A stretch of DNA of 64,000 nucleotides from Dysgonomonas sp. (lineage in GTDB: Bacteria > Bacteroidota > Bacteroidia > Bacteroidales > Dysgonomonadaceae): positions 50-64,049 of the forward strand of contig JBKEBA010000070.1 of assembly GCA_047972895.1 (NCBI GenBank). The letters run 5' to 3'. Shown in pieces: positions 35,924 to 44,040 of the stretch. The translations under genes were made by a program, and so were the position numbers. The notes under the pieces were generated by a model. The model ran no database searches. It saw nothing but the letters and a program-made list of their open reading frames with translations, and was not told where the DNA came from. The stretch's first letter is position 1, and each line of letters starts with the position of its first letter.

Positions 35924-37840
35924 TCAATATCCTGGATTTTGTGTCATTTTAGGGTTAGCATTCATCTCTGATATAGGGATAGGCAATAAAAGTTTATTTT
36001 CCGAAATTCCTAGCACTTGTTTTGCTTTATCGAAACGTTTTAGAGCATAGAAATATGCTCCCTCATTTTTTAAATCTTCTTTCCATTCATTTAATAATGA
36101 ATCTTCAATATTAGAAGAACTGTTAATTGGAGTACGACCGTTTCTTTCTCTAACTTGGTTTAAATAAACAATAGCTTGGTTGGTATTACCTAATTTAAGG
36201 CTCGCTTCCGCAGCCATTAATAAGATTTCGGAATAACGACAAACAGCTATGTTATCCCCTTTTTTAATTAAATCTCGATAAGGAATACTCGAATAGTCAT
36301 CAGAGTTTGGCAATTCTAAAATATTTTCCTTATTATTTCCTGTATATATAGAATTAATATCACTGCTTAGGGAGAACTTGCCACTATTGATTATAATATT
36401 AGTAGCTTCCAATGCTCTATTATATTCTTTGTTTTGCAAGAATGCTCGTACTTGGATAGCTTTTGCAAAATATTTAGAGCATTCAAATTGATAGCTACTT
36501 TCTGGTAAATATTGATAAGCTACCTCTAGTTCATTAATAATAAAATCCAAGACTTCTTTTTGAGAAGTGCGAGCAAAATAAGGGTTATCCATGATGTTTG
36601 AAGATGTAACTAAAGGTATATCCCCCCATAGAGCTACCATATTCAGATACTTATATGCTCGATAAGTTCTTGAATAATATTGATATTTTTTGAACCAATC
36701 TAAATTAGTTTCATTCGATTTCTCTGTAAGTACATTATCATATCTTATCGCCTTATATGAAGAACTCCACAAATTACTTGGTAAAGCCATATAAGATGTA
36801 ATATTATGCTCATAAATTGATTTTAGCTCATAGTAACGGCTAAGATTATCACTACTAACTGTATTTGTATATATTCCGTCAAAAAGATATTGGTTTTGGA
36901 TGAATGTGTATAGTTGAGCCACAGATGCGGTACAGAATTGCTTTACCCGTTCTTCTGATTCAAATACGTTCTCTTCTGTGATAACATCATTCGGTACACT
37001 TTCTTCGTATGAGTCTCCTATTTGCCCATCTCCATCACCATCAATAAACAATTCAAAACTTCCAATTTCGACAGTTTTACCTAATTCTTCATATCTTTTC
37101 TTGATATTTTCTTTTATATTGGAATAACTTAGTCCAAGACTTGATTCTGCAATTTTATTTTTAGTGTCTTGAGTTATCGTTCCATCAGAAAGGTCGTTTC
37201 TGAGCGAACTCATAAATTCTGTAAATTGAGCATCACTTCTTTCATTTAATAAGATAGATGATATTGCTATTAATATATTTGCAGATGTATTATTAGCTGT
37301 TATACTGGTTTCCTCTGGGGTTATTGGTTGATTGGTTATTAGGAAAGCGTTTAACAACTCTTTTTGAGCTTGTTGTTTTGCTTCTTGAAAGTTTTTACCC
37401 GAAGATACGAGATTCATAACACGGGGCATTTCTAAGTGCGTTAATATATTTACATTTACATTGGCTTTATCAACATTGTCAATAGAACTTATTGCCTCTA
37501 AAGAAATCGGAGCATCAGAAAGACGTCCAGTATATTCATTAAAATAAAATCCATTTACTGAAAGCTTAACATATTTAGAGACTAAAGATGTTGATGTATT
37601 TATTGAAAATGCACCTTCATTGTCTGTTTTGGCTTCGAATACACGTCCTGTTGCATTTAGATTATTGTCCAATTCATAGATGCTAACAGAAGACCCTGAA
37701 ACAAAAGGACCTTTTTCAACCAAGCCCTTAACACTACCAATGCTTACACTCCCTGAATTATCATCATCACTGCTACATGAGATAAAACATAAAAGAGAGA
37801 TTATTCCGATTAGTAATGAAAATAATAGATTTTTTTTCAT
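35924..37840 (-). CDS. SusD/RagB-family lipoprotein with a roughly 270-aa N-terminal extension (carboxypeptidase-regulatory-like beta-sandwich)
   Basis: Lipobox 'CFISC'. SusD hallmarks 'ALWGDIPLV', 'RYSEILLMAAEA' and the C-terminus 'LLPIPISEMNANPKMTQNPGY'. There is no adjacent SusC/TonB-dependent transporter gene. Confidence 0.75.
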   Translation of the reverse strand: MKKNLLFSLLIGIISLLCFISCSSDDDNSGSVSIGSVKGLVEKGPFVSGSSVSIYELDNNLNATGRVFEAKTDNEGAFSINTSTSLVSKYVKLSVNGFYFNEYTGRLSDAPISLEAISSIDNVDKANVNVNILTHLEMPRVMNLVSSGKNFQEAKQQAQKELLNAFLITNQPITPEETSITANNTSANILIAISSILLNERSDAQFTEFMSSLRNDLSDGTITQDTKNKIAESSLGLSYSNIKENIKKRYEELGKTVEIGSFELFIDGDGDGQIGDSYEESVPNDVITEENVFESEERVKQFCTASVAQLYTFIQNQYLFDGIYTNTVSSDNLSRYYELKSIYEHNITSYMALPSNLWSSSYKAIRYDNVLTEKSNETNLDWFKKYQYYSRTYRAYKYLNMVALWGDIPLVTSSNIMDNPYFARTSQKEVLDFIINELEVAYQYLPESSYQFECSKYFAKAIQVRAFLQNKEYNRALEATNIIINSGKFSLSSDINSIYTGNNKENILELPNSDDYSSIPYRDLIKKGDNIAVCRYSEILLMAAEASLKLGNTNQAIVYLNQVRERNGRTPINSSSNIEDSLLNEWKEDLKNEGAYFYALKRFDKAKQVLGISENKLLLPIPISEMNANPKMTQNPGY

Positions 37841-37875
37841 GCTGTATTTATTTTTTGAAAGTTTTGGCTCTGTTT

Positions 37876-38169
37876 TTACTCGAAAGACATTTCTATTTTT
37901 TCTATCAATTTCGATGATGGAAAAAGTAAGTCTAATAAAAGTAATAAAGATTCTTCGGAAGTTGGGGTAAGTCCATGATATATTAATTTGCTCCCTTCAA
38001 ATACCAACATATCAACACCTCCTCCAGTATTTACAGATAGTTTATCATGTTTATAATAGAAAATAGAAATGTTATCTTTTTCTACATGATGGCAGGTGTC
38101 TTTTTTTATTTTCTTAAATCCTAAATTTTCAAAACACTTGCTTATATTAAAGTCTGTTTGTATAAACAT
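37876..38169 (-). CDS. Hypothetical small protein (97 aa)
   Basis: ORF between the Rep-like and SusD-like genes, on the same strand. Confidence 0.4.
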   Translation of the reverse strand: MFIQTDFNISKCFENLGFKKIKKDTCHHVEKDNISIFYYKHDKLSVNTGGGVDMLVFEGSKLIYHGLTPTSEESLLLLLDLLFPSSKLIEKIEMSFE

Positions 38170-38275
38170 ATAATTTATTCTGTATTGTAATTTTTATTTC
38201 TATTTACTAATAATATTAATTATTCTTACTTATTAGAGTAGGGAAAAGTTGTGTATTTTTGTATTCTGTGGAATT

Positions 38276-39292
38276 CTATTTACTGTATAATCTTGTATCG
38301 TGAACTATATTTATAGTCTCTGCAAATTTAGATTTTAATTCAAGTACATTTTCAGTTTCTTTTAGCAAATCAAATTCTTTCTCTAAAGATTTCTTTAGTT
38401 TTTTTACAGCTCTGTATTCTTTCACTCCCTCTTTATCGTCGAGTCTGTATTCTTCAATAAAAGAGCGATACAAGTCATAAGTATCAGATGTTACAAATAT
38501 ATAATTTTTTATTTCTTCAAACGATTTTCCTGCATGATTTTTACCTAAATCTCTTAATACAATTTTCTCAAACACATTTCTAAGGATGCGAGCAAATCTC
38601 GAATAGAAGCGAATATGTAATAAATGCTCTGCGGTAAATGTTGAATCTTTTATATTCTTAAACCCCATTGCTGAATATTTTCCTGATTTTAGTTCTACTT
38701 CATAACGCAAAATATTAGAGAGTATCAATGTTTTTTTCTCAACTGAAAGAGGATGTCTTGCTTCAAATGTCTTATCGTAAAATTTAATTATGTAATCCGT
38801 GTATTGACATAATTTACCTCGTAAATGAGGACTATTTTTGAGAGGTCTCATATAAATGAAAGGTCTTTTTTTATAGAGGTGTACCATATTTATATATCGC
38901 ATTGGCTCTTTTGAAACTTCTATATTCACCCCTATTTCAATACTTGTAATTATAATTTTATTTAAAGAAATATCCAACCTTTTCCCCAAATCAGATATCG
39001 CTTGTTGTGCATCATTTGCTGTAAATGTGGAATAGTTTTCTTTTCTTTTAAATTTGTGCAATGAACCATGCCCACTTAATACCCAGCGTTTTTCTTCCTT
39101 ATTTCGCACTTTAACCAATTTGACTTCAATTTCCATTGTTTCATTAAGAGTTGCTCCCCATACAGAAACGCCCCTTTTATCAAGTGCTATAATATCTAAT
39201 TCTTCTTTTGAGGTTTTTGCATATTTCAAAAAAGTCTTTTCTAACTTTTCAACATCTACATCATCTACGTAAAATACTATTTTATCTATCAT
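38276..39292 (-). CDS. Replication-initiator-like protein (resembles the phage/plasmid gene II/X or Rep_trans rolling-circle families)
   Basis: Start set at 'MIDKIVFYV...'. N-terminal 'MID...' and 'LSGHGSLHKFKRKENYSTF' resemble the 'GNPxKFLQGHNxFG' region of gpII-like Reps. This is recalled, not searched. Confidence 0.4.
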   Translation of the reverse strand: MIDKIVFYVDDVDVEKLEKTFLKYAKTSKEELDIIALDKRGVSVWGATLNETMEIEVKLVKVRNKEEKRWVLSGHGSLHKFKRKENYSTFTANDAQQAISDLGKRLDISLNKIIITSIEIGVNIEVSKEPMRYINMVHLYKKRPFIYMRPLKNSPHLRGKLCQYTDYIIKFYDKTFEARHPLSVEKKTLILSNILRYEVELKSGKYSAMGFKNIKDSTFTAEHLLHIRFYSRFARILRNVFEKIVLRDLGKNHAGKSFEEIKNYIFVTSDTYDLYRSFIEEYRLDDKEGVKEYRAVKKLKKSLEKEFDLLKETENVLELKSKFAETINIVHDTRLYSK

Positions 39293-39381
39293 GGCTACGA
39301 TTATAAAGTTCAATAATGATAAATATTTCAAACTTTAATGTAGCTATAAAAATAATACGATGCAAATCGGCTTATTAAGAT

Positions 39382-41655
39382 TTATTGAGCATCAACACAT
39401 TCAAATAAATCTTGTTCTTCATTATATGCCATGATTAAAGTAATATATTCCCGACTATATCCACCAAAACCATTTTTAGCTCGATAATCTACAATACATT
39501 GCCATCCGTTTTTTGTTTTTCCAATACATTTTACTTTTTCAATCTTCAAACTTTCCGGTTCTCGTAGTAATTTATAAAGTAAGGTAGTTGCATTTTCCTT
39601 TGCCCAAAATTCAATATTATCTTTATCTTCACTTCCATAAAGGATAAAGCGAGCATACTGCTTATCATATTTCCGACACGCTTTTTCATACTCTTTTCTT
39701 GATATTGGTAATTTATTGCCTGTGGAGTCAATTTGTTCCATAGTAACCCACCAATTCTCAAATAGAAGTTTTTGAATTTTCTTATGGGATACTTTCCTAT
39801 TGCTAAATACATCTCTTACTTTATCCAATTCCATCAATTCATTATATAAGCTATCAAATTGTGTTTTATATAGATTTGCAAAATCCGAATCGGATAATAC
39901 CTTTTGCGGTTCGGGTTCTCGTGTTTCTACGTAATTATCGGTTATTGCAGAATTAGAGTTATCTAAATTTTTAGTTTCCGATATTGGGGGCAAATTGTGT
40001 CCTGCAATAATAACAAATAAGAAGAACAGGAAAAAGCTAACTCCGAAAATAAATAATCTCTTTCTTTTTATATTCAGCTTTTTCGGTAGTACGTATTGTG
40101 GCTTTATCATTCCTACAATAAAAATTACAGGTTGTCCCAAAGCTAAAAACATCAATATAACAGCAAGTATTTTCATAAAATTGTTTGTTGAACGTTTGAT
40201 AAGTATAATTAAAACCTCTCGAATAAACTGCTTGAACAAATACTCCACCCTACTTATATCATTTCTTGTTTCCTCAATCATTTTCTTTAAATCAATAACA
40301 TTATCAAGCGAAGATTGCTTTAAACTTTCTTTCAAATATTTGATCTCTTTTCTTAATATACCATTTTCTCTTGTAAAATTTTTAATCTCTACATCACACC
40401 TATGTCCTTCTTTCGCTACATGGTCAACTGTATATCCTTTGCGTAGTAATGATACTAAGTCTTCTTTCCATTTTTCCCGTTGATTAATATTCTTTCTATT
40501 TAAAGAGAACAATTCTTGTTTTTCCTCAATTTCTTTCTCTAGACTTTTCTTGTTAGATTTTTGATTAACAATATACCATTCAAAATTCTCTGTCTTCTGT
40601 AAGACATCCCAAACAATCGCATCTGCTCGAAAGTTATTTATATTGATATGCTCATCATAATATAATTTTCTTGAAGCACAAGTAATGCCTTGTAGTTTGC
40701 TTTTACATATTCCACATTTAATAAGAGGTTTTAATGGATAAATGAACTTCCTTGTTCTTCTCCCATATATCTCGCGTTTATCTTCAATAATATTCTCAAC
40801 CTTGTCGAATAAATCTCTTGATATAATTGCAGGAACTGTACCTTGCCATTTTCCGTATTTACGTTCTCCAATATAATTTTTTCTATGCAACAAGCGACCT
40901 ACATTTGAATCCTCCCAGAGTTTACCTAGTGGACTTGGTATTTTTCTACCATTCAAGAAATCGGCAATCTTAGTAAAAGACCATTTTTCATTAACATATT
41001 TGTCAAATATAAGCTTTACTGTTTCTGCTTCAACCTCATTTATCTCAATATAAGATTTGTTTCCTCGTTGTACTACTTTATAGCCATAAACCATTCTACC
41101 TCCAACATATCTATGAGGGTCGTTCTCAAATACATATTTTTTCCCTCTTTGCATTCTTTTTGTAATGTCACTAAGTTCTTGTTCTATATGCACTGATAAA
41201 AATGAGATATGAGTATCTGTGATCTTATCTACTTCTAATGTATCTAAATTTAAAGTAGTTAATTTATGATGAATAAAATGTATAGGTTTTTTTAAAATAT
41301 TGAAAAATTCAAGATGAGTAAACAAAGAAGCTTTTCTTCTGGAAAGACGAGACATTTCCCAAATGAAAATCATTTCAATTTGTTCTCTTGTTTTAGGATT
41401 TTGACAAGCTTCTTTTAGATTTAATAATGATTCGGAATCTTCGACACGAATTAAAGAACCTGTTTCGTTTCCCTCATTATCCAATTCTTTTATAAATTGA
41501 GGTCGATCACCTGATATCTTTTCTCCAAAATAAAATTTATCAGGTATTATATAACCCATTTTTTCAGCAGCTTCTTCAATCGCATTTTTTTGAGATTCTA
41601 AATCTTGTTGATTAGAAGAGACACGGAGTAAGGCAGCTGCAATCTTTTCTTCCAT
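39382..41655 (-). CDS. Large serine recombinase fused in frame to a 2-TM, roughly 265-aa C-terminal domain
   Basis: Start set at 'MEEKIAAALLRVSSNQQD' (catalytic Ser). 'SRLSRR', recombinase domain 'GGRMVYGYKV', zinc ribbon 'CGICKSKLQG' and a coiled coil. From nt 40176 downward: 'MKILAVILMFLALGQPVIFIVG...LFIFGVSFFLFFLFVIIAG' plus a soluble domain. Confidence 0.8.
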   Translation of the reverse strand: MEEKIAAALLRVSSNQQDLESQKNAIEEAAEKMGYIIPDKFYFGEKISGDRPQFIKELDNEGNETGSLIRVEDSESLLNLKEACQNPKTREQIEMIFIWEMSRLSRRKASLFTHLEFFNILKKPIHFIHHKLTTLNLDTLEVDKITDTHISFLSVHIEQELSDITKRMQRGKKYVFENDPHRYVGGRMVYGYKVVQRGNKSYIEINEVEAETVKLIFDKYVNEKWSFTKIADFLNGRKIPSPLGKLWEDSNVGRLLHRKNYIGERKYGKWQGTVPAIISRDLFDKVENIIEDKREIYGRRTRKFIYPLKPLIKCGICKSKLQGITCASRKLYYDEHININNFRADAIVWDVLQKTENFEWYIVNQKSNKKSLEKEIEEKQELFSLNRKNINQREKWKEDLVSLLRKGYTVDHVAKEGHRCDVEIKNFTRENGILRKEIKYLKESLKQSSLDNVIDLKKMIEETRNDISRVEYLFKQFIREVLIILIKRSTNNFMKILAVILMFLALGQPVIFIVGMIKPQYVLPKKLNIKRKRLFIFGVSFFLFFLFVIIAGHNLPPISETKNLDNSNSAITDNYVETREPEPQKVLSDSDFANLYKTQFDSLYNELMELDKVRDVFSNRKVSHKKIQKLLFENWWVTMEQIDSTGNKLPISRKEYEKACRKYDKQYARFILYGSEDKDNIEFWAKENATTLLYKLLREPESLKIEKVKCIGKTKNGWQCIVDYRAKNGFGGYSREYITLIMAYNEEQDLFECVDAQ

Positions 41656-41728
41656 AGTGACTTTTTTATTACTTTTATGAGGATAAAGATAATAAAAAAA
41701 GTACACCGAATAACTTTACGCAATATAA

Positions 41729-42094
41729 TACTGTAAAGATGTCTTTGCCCTTCCAGGAAAGATAAGCGATAAATATTCTCGTGGATGTAATAAACTAATA
41801 GCCTCACACAAAGCAGACCTGTTTCAATCCACAGAATATTTTCTACAACAAATGGGATGGGACAACGAAACAGAGAGAAAAAGAAAGGCTCCGCAACAAC
41901 AGGAACTATTCATCAATCTTACAGATGAGGAACAATCGATAAGAGACAAAGTAAAAGAAAAAGAACCTGTACATATAGACCAATTAGCTCGTGACCTGGA
42001 TTTACCTGCCTATCAATTATTTTCCACATTGCTAGAATTGGAAATGAAAGGTATTATAAAAAATCAGCCGGGAAACCTATATACATTAAACTAA
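41729..42094 (+). pseudogene. dprA: dprA 3' fragment (120 codons, no start codon of its own until 41852)
   Basis: The frame opens right after a stop at 41726-41728: 'YCKDVFALPGKISDKYSRGCNKLIASHKADLF...' through the C-terminal winged helix 'LFSTLLELEMKGIIKNQPGNLYTLN'. Confidence 0.85.
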
Positions 42095-42149
42095 AAAAGA
42101 CGCTGCAAGCACCAGCCTGCAGCATCTACTACCAATCTAAAACCTAAAA

Positions 42150-42503
42150 TTAATCACATATAGGTATATCTTTCAAATCGTACATCTTTCCATACATTTC
42201 AATGCGACGAATATTTACCGTATCTATTTCTAATGTAACTTTATCAGAGGTATAACCTCTGGAAATACCTACGTCAACATGTAAAATATCATCATTATGC
42301 CTTGATGTGCTAATACTGGTTATGTTATATCCGCTATATTTCCACTTAATGTTAAGTGTATCTTTTTTCTCATTACCACATATAACTACATCCTCGGCCG
42401 CCTTCCTTAAAAACCATCCATGACTTCGACCCTCAAACCATACTGCAAAACCTATTGCCAGAATAATCAAAGTCAGTAGTATCGGAGCTAATCCGTTTCT
42501 CAT
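42150..42503 (-). CDS. Hypothetical membrane-anchored protein (117 aa)
   Basis: N-terminal TM segment 'LAPILLTLIILAIGFAVWF'. Downstream of 42516-42953 in an apparent operon. Confidence 0.45.
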   Translation of the reverse strand: MRNGLAPILLTLIILAIGFAVWFEGRSHGWFLRKAAEDVVICGNEKKDTLNIKWKYSGYNITSISTSRHNDDILHVDVGISRGYTSDKVTLEIDTVNIRRIEMYGKMYDLKDIPICD

Positions 42504-42515
42504 CGGTTAAATAGT

Positions 42516-42953
42516 TTAGTCTTCCAGTTTAGATGAATTTTTCTTAGCATCCTTTTTTTCGATAAAATAGGCAATAATCAAACCTATACCTCCGAAAACA
42601 GCAGCACAAGCCGGATATAGAATGTCCACAGTCCTGCGGAAATCGTAATATAAGTTATCATTTGATCCCGTTGGTGCCACAACTGTCAGATCAACTATAG
42701 TCGCTACAACTACGCCTAATCCTACGCCTAACAACAACATTCCGATACGGATAGACCACGAATTGTTAATAAAATCCCTGATAATCGGAATCCTGACAGG
42801 ACTAAACTGATTCTTTAATATCTGTGGGTCTATACCAGCCGATAACTTTTCAATCATTGCCATACGTTCTTTACGACGAGCAAACAATTCAAATAATTTG
42901 TAAGTAGCATATGAAAGTGTCGCTACTATTACCATTGCCATAATTTCTTGCAT
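42516..42953 (-). CDS. Hypothetical membrane protein (145 aa), probable ECF-regulon member
   Basis: Three hydrophobic segments. Preceded by an ECF-type promoter. Confidence 0.5.
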   Translation of the reverse strand: MQEIMAMVIVATLSYATYKLFELFARRKERMAMIEKLSAGIDPQILKNQFSPVRIPIIRDFINNSWSIRIGMLLLGVGLGVVVATIVDLTVVAPTGSNDNLYYDFRRTVDILYPACAAVFGGIGLIIAYFIEKKDAKKNSSKLED

Positions 42954-43000
42954 AATTCTAATTATTTTATGTTAAACATTTTCTGTCTGTTTGCTCATTT

Positions 43001-43030
43001 TGACGCAGCACATTTAAGAAGGTTACAAAA
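43001..43030 (-). promoter_or_regulatory. ECF-type promoter (minus strand): TTTTGTAACCT-N-CTGCGTCA
   Basis: The minus strand reads 'TTTTGTAACCTTCTTAAATGTGCTGCGTCA'. GTAACC and CGTC are 15 nt apart. It lies about 45 nt upstream of the ATG at 42953. Confidence 0.55.
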
Positions 43031-43068
43031 TATGCGAAAATATTTCTCATGAAACTTTTTCAAACTAT

Positions 43069-43097
43069 TTTTGTAACCTATCCAATAACTCTGCGTC
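43069..43097 (+). promoter_or_regulatory. ECF-type promoter (plus strand): TTTTGTAACCT-N-CTGCGTC, autoregulatory
   Basis: 'TTTTGTAACCTATCCAATAACTCTGCGTC', with the same -35 and -10 elements and the same 15-nt spacing. The -10 ends 8 nt before the ATG at 43106, so the mRNA would be leaderless or nearly so. Confidence 0.5.
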
Positions 43098-43105
43098 ATA
43101 CGGGT

Positions 43106-43660
43106 ATGGCTGATTTTGATGACATTTATTATGTACAACAAATTAAAAACGGACACCATGATGCCTTTGTGCACATAGTGCGCCGTTATGAGAGAATGGT
43201 ACTTACTATTGTCAGCAAAATTGTCTCTCGCCGTACGGATGCAGAAGATATTGCACAGGAGGTTTTTATAAAGGTCTATCAGTCTATCGACAAATTCCGC
43301 GAAGAATCAGGATTTGCCACATGGTTGTATCGCATCACATACAATACAACTATATCGGAACTGAGAAAACGCAAACATGAGTTTACAGCCATAGAAGATA
43401 ACTTTGCTAATATACCCGATGATGAAATATCGGATAGAATGGACGAGATAAGTACCGAAGAAAAGCTCTCTTATCTGGATTTAGTTTTGAAAAAACTATC
43501 TCCGGACGATGCCTTGCTTATTACAATGTTTTACATGAATGACCAAAGCATACAGGAAATAAGCACAATCACAGGAAACACTGTAGCAAATGTAAAAGTA
43601 AAGTTGCACAGAATAAGAAAATTTATGAACTTTGAAATAAATAAACTCATCCAGCAATGA
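43106..43660 (+). CDS. ECF (sigma-70 family, group 4) RNA polymerase sigma factor
   Basis: Region 2 'DAEDIAQEVFIKVYQSIDKF...WLYRITYN'. Region 4 'QSIQEISTITGNTVANVKVKLHRIRK'. Start set at 'MADFDD'. Confidence 0.8.
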   Translation: MADFDDIYYVQQIKNGHHDAFVHIVRRYERMVLTIVSKIVSRRTDAEDIAQEVFIKVYQSIDKFREESGFATWLYRITYNTTISELRKRKHEFTAIEDNFANIPDDEISDRMDEISTEEKLSYLDLVLKKLSPDDALLITMFYMNDQSIQEISTITGNTVANVKVKLHRIRKFMNFEINKLIQQ

Positions 43661-44040
43661 AAAAAGAAGAAAACAAAGACAGACTCAAGAGTTTATTTCA
43701 GGAGATGAAATGGGACGAACCGTCAGTTGGCTTCGAAAGCAAGCTGATGCAACGCATACATATAGTAGAACAAAAACGTAGCCGACAAAAAAATCTGAGA
43801 TCTATTCTGGCTATTGCCGGAGGGGTTATAGGTTTATTAGGTATTCCTGTCTTTATTTTTTGGATACTGAAAGTATTTTTGCAGATTGAATTACAACCAA
43901 TAAAGACTGACTTCGATTTGACAATACCAAACGTTCAGATAGATCCATTCATCATATCCATAGCTTTCGTAGCCCTTCTGTTACTGATAGGTGACACTCT
44001 GATACGCAGACGCATCTGGGAAAAAAAACATAAACACTAA
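43657..44040 (+). CDS. Putative anti-sigma factor (small, 2 TM)
   Basis: 4-nt overlap with the sigma gene. TM segments 'ILAIAGGVIGLLGIPVFIFWIL' and 'FIISIAFVALLLLIG'. Confidence 0.5.
   Translation: MKKEENKDRLKSLFQEMKWDEPSVGFESKLMQRIHIVEQKRSRQKNLRSILAIAGGVIGLLGIPVFIFWILKVFLQIELQPIKTDFDLTIPNVQIDPFIISIAFVALLLLIGDTLIRRRIWEKKHKH

Larger units (their letters stand above)
34225..41730. mobile_element. 7,506-bp integrative element inserted in dprA (LSR, Rep-like, SusD-like, tyrosine recombinase)
   Basis: Its removal restores an in-frame 373-codon dprA. A TA dinucleotide sits at both junctions (34223-34224 and 41729-41730). The element ends are 17/20 inverted repeats. Confidence 0.85.

Noticed and set aside
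34240-38216. 10-11-bp inverted match 'ATTATTAGTA' between the element's left end (34240-34250) and the 38170-38275 intergenic region, considered as possible inversion sites for the tyrosine recombinase.
   Set aside because: A match of this length is expected by chance in 7.5 kb of very AT-rich DNA, and no flanking similarity supports it.
41598-41807. ORF on the minus strand spanning the right junction of the dprA element.
   Set aside because: It overlaps the recombinase N-terminus out of frame and crosses attR into dprA antisense sequence. It is an artefact of AT-rich sequence.
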